In this document: one piece after another, positions 55,101-64,000 of the stretch | How positions within the stretch are numbered: the stretch's first letter is position 1 | Layout: each line of letters starts with the position of its first letter | DNA from: Phaeosaccion multiseriatum | Lineage: Eukaryota > Protista > Ochrophyta, other classes | Direction of reading: 5' to 3' | NCBI GenBank assembly: GCA_965112735.1 | Contig: OZ218963.1 | Location: 558,001-622,000 of the forward strand | DNA length: 64,000 bases | The notes under the pieces: generated by a model | What the model saw: only the letters and a program-made list of their open reading frames with translations | Told to the model about the DNA's origin: nothing | Database searches by the model: none | Translations under genes and position numbers: made by a program

Positions 55101-58100
55101 CGGTACTGCGCGAGGTGCATCGCGGCACATCCGAGTACACTCAGCAGAGACATGACTTCTCGAATGCCCGCTCCCTCCTCCCATCCTCCATCCTCCTCCT
55201 CCTCCTCCTCCTCCTCCTCCTCCTCCTCCTCCTCCTCCTCCTCCTTCTCCTCCTTGCCTGCTCCGGACACCTCTGCCTTCCGTCTGCTGCCACCGCCATG
55301 CTCTGAAGACTTGTCCACCCCACCAACTGGCCCAGAATGGGTACCCACATCGATGCCCAACTTGCCCTCCTTCCCCCCGCCCCGGAACGTGTCCACCCCC
55401 GTGGCCATCACCACATCCTCGTCGCCGCCGCCGGTCTGCTGCCTCCGCCTCCCTTCTCCTGTTGGGGGGTTTCATGAAGCACACACAGACACGCACATCC
55501 ACGCACGCACACAAAGACACACACACATACACACACACAAACACACACACGCAAGTACGAAAGCTTAGCTTCAGTCCTAAAGTCCCGCTTCGCATCCCCT
55601 CCCCCGTCTGACAGCAATGACAATACCTTACCTTCCACCCCTGGAGTCAATGGTGCTGTTCCTGCACTTCCCTGCTCTTGTCTGGCCACACCTGCCACGC
55701 CCGCACCACTTGCACCCCCCCCTCCCCCTCCTCCTCTTCCTCCTCCTCCTCCTCCTCTTCCTCCTCCTCCTCCTCCTCCTCCTCCTCCTCCTCCTCCTCC
55801 TCCTCCTTCTCCTCCTCCTCCTCCTTCTCCCCCTCCTCCTCCTCCACCACCACCACCACCACCACCACCACCACCACCACCACCTATTTCGGCCGCTCTT
55901 CGCCTCTCCAGGAGGGAATCTCGAGCGAGGGCGGGGGTTCCAAACAACATTTGCTGCTGATGCATCGCCAACTGTTGCTGTTGTTGTATCAACACGTCCT
56001 GCTGTTGCAGCACGGAAATCTGCCGCGCCACGTGTTCTGCTCGTGGTGGAGACAAGGGGGAAAGGAATGGCAGTGGATGGAGGGGGGAGGGGGGGATGAA
56101 CGGCAGTGGATGGAGGGGGGAGGGGGGAGGAACGGCAGTGGATGGAGGGGGGAGGGGGGGAGGAATGGCAGTGGATGGAGGGGGGAGGGGGGGAAGGGAA
56201 GGCAGGTTAGGATGTATCAGACTGTAGAGTGTCGAAGCTGTGGTGGTGGCGGTGTATCACCAACTGGTGGTCTTGGTGGTGATGGTGGTGGTGGTGGATG
56301 TATGCACACACCCCGGAGGCTTATCGGGCGCGAAACAAGCGTGCACACACACCACTACACATAGCCTCTCAATCAATCACTGACTTACTGACTCCCTCCT
56401 TCCCTCACTCCCTCCTCCTCCCTCCTTCACTACACTCCCTCCCTTCCTTCCTTCCGCCCTCACTCACTCACTCACTCACTCGCTCACTCACTCACTCACT
56501 CACTTACTCACTCACTCACTCACTTACTCACTCACTTACTCACTCACTTACTCACTCACTCACTCACTCACTCACTCACTCACTCACTCACTCAATCAAT
56601 CACTCACTCACCTACTCACTCCCTCACTCACTCACTCACTCAATCACTCACTCACTCACTCACTCACCTCGCTCTGCAGGAGTCATTGCAGCGGCCAAAA
56701 TAGGCGTAATATGCGGGGGGACGTACATCTCTCCTCCTCCTCCTCCTCCTCCTCCTCCTCCTGCTGCTGCTGCTGCTCCTCCTCCTGCACCACCACCACC
56801 ACCCAACCCACCCCCGCCGGTCCGAGGCAACCCGACCGGTGTCCCTACTATCGGAGTGCGATGATCATGGTGCTGAGAAGCCGTCATGGTATTGGTCATG
56901 GCCAAACGTGGGTCCACCCCTGCCCTAGGGATGAGGATGGCAGTGGAAGGACTCGGTGGCGCTGCGCTGCTGTGACCACCGTGATTATGACCATGTTGCG
57001 TGCTGCCATCCACTGCCATCCTCATCCCTAACCCGCCCAGCCCTAAACCGCTGAGGCTCGTGAGGTTCAGGTCGTTCAAGTCGTCACCGCTGCTCAGCAC
57101 ACTGCTCTCTCCTCCTCCCCCTCCTCCTCCTCCTCCTCCTCCTCCTCCTCCTCCTCCTCCTCCTCCTCCTCCTCCTCCTCCTCCTCTCCTACCCCCCTGC
57201 GTTGCTCCACCAGCCCCTGCCACAGCCCCGTCTCCGCGCCTTCCCTCCATCCTGAAGCTAAGCGCCGCCGTGGGTGTCGATGTCGATGACCGCGATGAGC
57301 CTTCTCCTCCTCCTCCTCCTCCTCCTCCTCCTCCTCCTCCTCCTCTCCTTGCTCCCCCTCCTAACTGACTCGTGCTGCTCTGTCGACGACGACGAGTCGT
57401 TGTGGACGTGGAAGAGGAGAAGGCCGGGTGCATGACGTGAAGACATGCCGCCCCGACCCCCCCTACGCCAGCAGCCGATAAGAGACCACGACCACCAAGC
57501 CCGGGTGCTCCTCCCCCTCCTCCCCCTCCCCCTCCGAAGTCATGAGAGGAGTGCGGTTTGATGCCCGACAGCATGGACGAAGAGGAGAAGGAGGAGGAAG
57601 AGGGACCTCTACCTTTGGTGTGATTGCTGCTGCTTGCAGGGTGAGATGGAGTGGGAGGGGGTGGGGGCATGGCCCTGCTGTCATCATCATCATCATCCTC
57701 GTCGGCAGCAGCAGCAGCAGCAGCAGCAGCGTCCTTGTTGCTTTGGCTGCTGCTCTGCTGAGGAGGACCCACTGCGGTGACTGCGGAATGGGCGTCCGAA
57801 ATGTTCCGTATATCAAAGTACTTGTTGCTCATCTCCTCATCCCTGGCTCGTGTTGTACCACCAACTGCCGCCCCTGCCCCTCCTCCTGCTGCTGCTCCTG
57901 CTCCTGCTCCTCTTGCCCTTCGGGCAGCACCATCAACTGGAGTGAAGGACGCCGATGAAGCCGAAGCGCCGCTGACACTATTGGCGTCAAAGAGCGAATT
58001 GCCGCCACGATGCTCGTTGCTGCTGCTGTTGGTGCTCATGTTGTTAATCCCACCGCCGTCGCCAAAACTGCCCCCCTCCAGACTCCGTACCCAACCCACG

Positions 58101-58998
58101 GGGGTCACCCCCACCCCTGGGGCCCTTGGCAGCCCCCTCGAATCCAGCGAGAAGCCCCCCTCGGAAAAGCTGTTGTTTCCGCGACCATGTGTTGGTGAGC
58201 CACCAGTGACGTCACCCGCGGCCTCTTGCCCCGCCCCCCCTCCTCCTCCTGCCCGGTCTCTCTTCCCCAGTGCTTCAAACAGGGGATGCCGCACGGGTCC
58301 TCCATTCGCCAATCCAGAGAGCGCCTCTGCAGGCAGCTGAAGGTGTGTAGGGTAGAGGAGAGAGAGGGAGGGGTGGGGGGTGGGGGAGGTAAGAGAGAGA
58401 AGGGAGAGGGAGAAAAGAGAGAACGAGAAAGAGAGGGAGAGAGAGGGAGAGGGAGATAGATAGAGAGAGAGAGAGAAAGAGGGAGAGAGAGAGAGAGAGG
58501 GAGAGAGAGAGAGGGGGGGAGAGAGAGACAGAGAGAGAGAGAGAGGGAGAGAGGGTCAGGTCAGTGAGTCAGACCAACCATTGCTGCCTCTGGCCTTCCT
58601 TCCTTCCTTCACTCCCTCCCTCCCTCCCTCCCTCCCCCACTCACCCCCCCCACACACTCTTCCCCACTCACCCTCGACGTTGGCGGCAGTCCACCAAAGT
58701 ACGCGGAGGCATCCACATCCTCCCCTACCCTACACAAGCCGGCAAAGCTGCTCCACATGAAAGGGTCCATCTCCAAGCTTAGCCGATAGTACACCACCGA
58801 GTGGGCCTTCCTCTGACCCAAACAGCAAATGTCTCCGAGGAGGTGGAGGCCGATGGCCCCATTGGGGATGGGGCAAGGCTTCTCGTATCGCAGGCGGCGG
58901 ATGGCGGTTTCGTCCAGGCCACGCTTGGGGATGTCGGTGTCCGCCAAGAGTGCGAGCTCCCCCTCAGGAAGCTTCTGCTTGGACCGTAAGGGATGACG

Positions 58999-59061
<63 letters not shown>

Positions 59062-59113
59062 AAGAATAAGGCCGGTCCCGTATCCATCCCCGCGTCGTTC
59101 GCCATCGGCCGGC

Positions 59114-59156
<43 letters not shown>

Positions 59157-59703
59157 CAACGGTCCAGATAAAGGGAAGGGAGTCAGCAGAGGCTTGAGGT
59201 ATCAGGCGGAAGAGCAGCGGTCGTCAGCAGGGGAGTGCAAGCTTGCCCTCGAATCACAGTCAGTCAGTCCATTTGTTTGTGCAGAGTGAGTGACAGGCGG
59301 CGGTTGGGATGGGCCTTGAGCTCTCTTGTACTGCAGACAAGTAGAGGCAGAGGGACAAGAGAAGGGGGGCCCTCACCTGCAGGTAGCAGCAGCACAGTGC
59401 GAAGAGGTAGCGATTCTCCGGGCTGCGCGTCCCCTTGAGGACGTGATAGACGGCGTTCACTTCGCCTTGCCGGAGATAGCAGGTGGCGAGCAGATGCAGG
59501 TCCTCTTCGGTCTGAGAGGAGGCATACAGCCGCTCGGCGAGAAATGTGGCGTTGCCGTGGGCAAAGGCGCTGAGGTAGTACGACACGAGCGAGCGCAGGC
59601 GGTCCTGCATAGCCAGTACCCCTCCTTCTCCTCCTCCCGCCCCTCCTCCGCTCTCAACGTTGGCGTTGGCATCGCCTCCTTTTCCGCCAGTATTCATCAC
59701 CAT
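52178..59703 (-). CDS. CDC27: Anaphase-promoting complex subunit 3 (CDC27), TPR protein
   Basis: NATFLAERLYA, HLLATCY, ENRYLFALCC, SLEMDPFMWSSF, NTGWVQELLGRSFFEMSDY, WCVVGNCFSLQKEHSTAIKFFNRAI, FTYAHTLSGHEY, RHYNAWYGLG. The last exon 52178-52285 reads YLNLALDLNPKDD...DDERF*. Confidence 0.96.
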
Positions 59704-60516
59704 CTTCAGCCCCCCTTCTCCTGCTGCTGCTGCTGCTCATGCAGATACACTGCCGTGATACTGCCGTGGATGAGAGAGGCAAGGGCGTGAGCTTCACCCC
59801 CCTGGTGTGGCTGCGGGCTGGTTCGGTATACCGTATGTAGCCAGCTGTGATTTTTTTTAATTTTTAATTTTTTTTTGTCTCCCCCCCCATTGTTTTGCCC
59901 ATTGTCCCATTGTACCTTCTGAGCCTCCAGACTGGCTGGCTGCTGGGCCCTCTTTGTAGCTAGACCTTCCTCGTAGTTAGACCTTCCTTTGGAGTTAGAC
60001 CTTCATGAATGAGCTATCACTTCGCCTGAAGGTAGCCTTAGCTTACATGGGCCGGCCCCATGAAGGAGTTGTACTACGAAACTGAAACAACTTGACGTAA
60101 CATTACGTAATATTTTTGCCATAAGTGCTCGGCGCTTCCGGCGTGTGCTCCCTTCGCTCTCCTACTCGCTTGACGCTCATGTAAACTTACACCTCCCCTT
60201 GGGCTCCATCACCTCTACATACGCACGCACACACACACACACACACACCACTTGCTGCCGAGCATTGCGGCCCACCCTCCACCCCGTTAACCCGATCTAA
60301 AAATTCCCGTTGAAAAAGAAGGGAGGATTACTAAGGATTTCCCTTCCTGTCTACCCACCTACCCCGCCTCTCTCTCGCCCTCTCCCTCTCCCTCTCATCT
60401 CCCTCCAGGCAGCCAGGCAAGGCAAGTAGCAGGCCTTCCTTCCTTCCTGGCCCTTGGCCATCCCCATCCATCCATGCCCACAAGCCTCTATCTGGGCCCC
60501 ACCCATATGCCTTTAT

Positions 60517-63500
60517 CTAGGAGGTGAAGGAGGTGGTGAACTCGTCGCACACCTTGGACAAGTGCTTCTCCATGGCATCTGTGAGGGTGTAGTTGTCAGC
60601 GATGAGCTGGTCAAGGACGTCCGCCTTGTGGTTGCTCTTGACGTGCGCTAGCCAGGCAGCCTCGTAGGCCACCACCTGACATGTGTGAGCGACACATACA
60701 CAGCACGGGACAGAAGACATTGCATCAACAAGAGTGGGACATAAAAAGAAGGTGAGTGAGTTGGTGATACAGAGGGAGATGGAAGGGAGGGGGGAGACAG
60801 TTGGTGGTAAATCGTGATACAAGAAACTGTCGCCTGCGAGAGAGAGAGAGATTAAAGAGAGAGGGGAAGACAGGGAGCGCGATAGAGAAGAGAGAAAGAG
60901 AACAGAGGAGGAGGGCGAGACAGAGGGGGAGCTCGACACAGCACCACACAACAGCGTCACGCACCTGGTCAACGGGCACGCGGTCAATGAATCCGCGCAC
61001 TCCGGCGAAGAGAATGGCCACCTGGTCCTCGACCTCCATGGGGCAGTACTGCGGCAACGAGGAGAAGGAGGAGGAAGAGGAGGAGGAGGGCAGGAGAAGG
61101 AGGGTGAGGAGGGTGAGGACATAAGTAGCTAAAGCCCCCTTGCCGTGGGGAAACCGAACCAAACAAAAACACCGAAATACAATGGACAGCCCCATCCACT
61201 GACATATGTATGGGTATTCGGAAGGAAGGAACCGGAACTACCTACTCGACACCCGGCATGAAACAGGCCGGGCCAGGCAGCATGGTCTGCCCCCCTCCCC
61301 TCTCTCTGTATCACCAACTCTCTCACCTGGTCCTGCTTGAGCAACTCGTAGAGTCGCACTCCACGGTTGAGCTGCTGCTGCGTGGCAGCGTCGAGGTCGG
61401 AGCCAAACTTGGCGAAGGCTGCCACCTCACGGTACTGGGCAAGCTCCAGCTTCATGGTACCAGCCACCTGAGGGGCAGGGTGGGTGGGTGGGTGGGTGGG
61501 TGGGAGAGAGGGAGGGAGCGAGTGAGTGAGTCAGGGAGTGATTGACGAGTTGAGTGACGGAGGCAGTGATGGAAGGAGAGAGATGGAGAGAGCGAGTGAA
61601 AGCGTAAGCCCGTCACATGCGGGTGTGTGTGTGTGTGCGAGTGTATGTGTGTGTGTGTGTATCACCAACCCACCCACCTGCTTCATGCACTTTCGCTGGG
61701 CGGCGGATCCCACACGGGACACCGAGAGTCCCACGGAGATGGCGGGGCGCTGTCCCTGGTAGAACAGCTCGGACTCCAGGAAGATCTGAAGAGGGACAGA
61801 GAGAGGAGAGAGCAGAGGGAGAGAGAGAGAGATTAGAGGTGTACGGGGTGGAAAATAGAGAAGATGGAGGACAGCGAGATTGACAGAGAGCGAAAGAGAG
61901 GGAGAAACACGGCGACACACTCTCTGTCCGTCTGTGATAAGAGACGACGATGGACACGGCAACACACAAAAGACAGACGCACGCACGCACGCACATACAC
62001 CCACGCACCTGTCCGTCCGTGATGGAAATCACGTTGGTGGGGATGTAGGCGGACACATCTCCTGCCTGCGTCTCAATGATGGGCAGGGCGGTGAGAGAGC
62101 CGTTACCAGCCATCTCTCCCATCTTGGCCGCTCGCTCCAGGAGGCGAGAGTGCAGGTAGAACACGTCACCGGGGTAGGCCTAAGGGGAGTAACAGGAGCA
62201 AGTCAGGTGCGTGGGTGGGTGGGTGGTTGGTTGGTTGGTTGGGGAGTAAGAGAAGCAAGTCAGGGGGATGGGTGGGTGCGGGTGTGGATAGAGGTAAAGG
62301 GGGTGGGTGGGGGGTGGGGGGGGGGTGGAAGAGAAAGCAAGCGCAAAGAAGGAAACCGTTTTTAAAACCGTTTCTTTTTGCATTGGCACGCACCTCACGT
62401 CCGGGGGGGCGACGCAGCAGCAGAGACATCTGACGGTAGGCAACGGCCTGCTTGGAGCTGAGGAGGGAATATATACATATACAAATAATAATAATAATAA
62501 TAATATATGTATGTATGAGGGGAAGGGAGGGAGGGAGGGACGGGTCAGTAATTCATGCAGCTGTATCTGAGCTGCTCTGAGATGGAACACACACACACAC
62601 ACACACACCAACGAAATATTATCCAATTCCCGAAAACGATCCAACATATCCAATCACCCACGAAAATTAATGCAAAATATCCGATTACCCAAGAACTACA
62701 ACTACAAAAGTATCCAATTCAAAGCCAAATCCAAACTGCCATGACTCACAGATCGTCGTAGAAGATGACGGCATGCTGTCCGTTGTCTCGGAAGTACTCT
62801 CCGATGGCGGCGCCGGTGTACGGGGCGAGGAACTGCAGAGGGGCCGCATCAGAGGCGGTGGCCGCAACGATGCACGTGTGGCCCATGGCATCGGCCTTGT
62901 CCAGAGCTCCAACCAGTTGGGCGATGGTGGAGCGCTGGTGAGTGAGGTGAGGTAAGGTGAGGAGAGAGACCGAACGGGGGGTGAAGGGGTGAAGTGAGTG
63001 ATCCAACAAGTTAAGCGATGGTGGAGCGCTGGTGAGGTGAGGTGAGGTAAGATGAGGAAAGAGAAAGAGATAAAAAGGGAAAAGGGGTGAAGGTTGAGTG
63101 TTGTAAGGGGGGGGGTACATGCAGTCAGGGCATTCGCTGTTTGTTTGGGAACCAAACTCAGTCCCAAAGTTGTACACCGTCGGTTCATTGTTTCGTCAAC
63201 AAGGTAGGACTGTGGCACGCACACTCACGGCACACTCTCTCTCCCTCACACACACACACACAGGGTCCCTCACCTTCTGTCCGACTCCGACGTAGACGCA
63301 CTTGAGCATGTCATCCCCCTTGGTCTTCTGGTTGATGATGGTGTCGAGGCAAATGGCAGTCTGCAAGCGGAGGGGCGATAAGGGGGCGCAAAAGCAACAT
63401 CAGCAAAAATAAAGAAATAAATATTAAATAAATAAATACAACAACGATTTTATCATGTTCTGCACACTTGTTGTACCCACAGGAAAAGAAAAAGCAGAGC

Positions 63501-63888
63501 AGAAGCGCACAACCGAAGGGCCATCACGGCACAAGAACAACTACACTACACTACACCACACACGCCAACTTAAAACTGACCCTCTCTCTCATTATCCGTA
63601 ATACTTGCCCTCGACACACGCACGCACACACGCGCACACACAGAGGCACACCACGAGAGTCTTCAGTTGATTCCTATAAGTGAAAGGAAAGAAAAGGAAA
63701 CTCCCTTCCCTCCCCCTCCTCCTCCTCCTCCTCCTCCTCCTCCTGTTGCTTACCTTGCCCGTCTGCCTGTCGCCAATGACAAGCTCTCGCTGTCCTCGTC
63801 CAATGGGGATGAGAGCGTCGACAGCCTTGAGTCCGGTCTGCACGGGCTCGTGCACCGAGCGGCGGGGGATGATACCGGGGGCCTTCAC
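60517..63888 (-). CDS. ATP5F1A: Mitochondrial F1 ATP synthase alpha subunit, nuclear-encoded and spliced; 5' end beyond window
   Basis: [144 protein letters not shown], split by at least 8 GT-AG introns. Confidence 0.97.
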
Positions 63889-64000
63889 CTGTTGGTGATA
63901 CAGAGGGAGGGAGGGAGGGAGTGAAGGGAAGGGAGAGAGGGACGGAATGAGGGAGTGAGGGGGGAGGGGAGGGAGGGAGGGAGGGAGGGAGGGAAGGAGA

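Overview
Gene-dense, intron-rich eukaryotic genomic DNA. The organism is probably a flagellated stramenopile or ochrophyte alga (inference from nuclear-encoded mitochondrial ATP synthase alpha, an axonemal dynein intermediate chain and a GDP-type VWD-like secreted protein). I can assemble about 11 spliced genes by hand: HSP90B1/GRP94 (5' end outside the window), a SAP/Tho1 protein, a very-long-chain 3-ketoacyl-CoA reductase, a very divergent calcineurin-B/CBL-like EF-hand protein with a ~570-aa insert, DNAI4/WDR78, cardiolipin synthase, a secreted Cys-rich repeat protein, a large unknown protein, a secreted VWD-like protein, CDC27 and ATP synthase alpha (5' end outside the window). Most ORF-track entries are microsatellite artefacts. 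The most unusual signal is two short dispersed DNA words, GTATCACCAAC (motif A, ~28 exact copies by hand count) and GATGGCAGTGGATG (motif B, ~20 copies plus variants). They occur in introns, UTRs and exons, are read in several frames, and are mostly oriented relative to splice sites. Intron microsatellites are also polarised (G-rich at the 5' end, complementary C-rich at the 3' end), and several are tandem copies of splice signals. The 38-52 kb region is rearranged: two motif-free islands encode secreted proteins, and there is an internally deleted gene copy and a stray copy of the CDC27 3' end. Exon coordinates were read by eye and may be off by a few bases.
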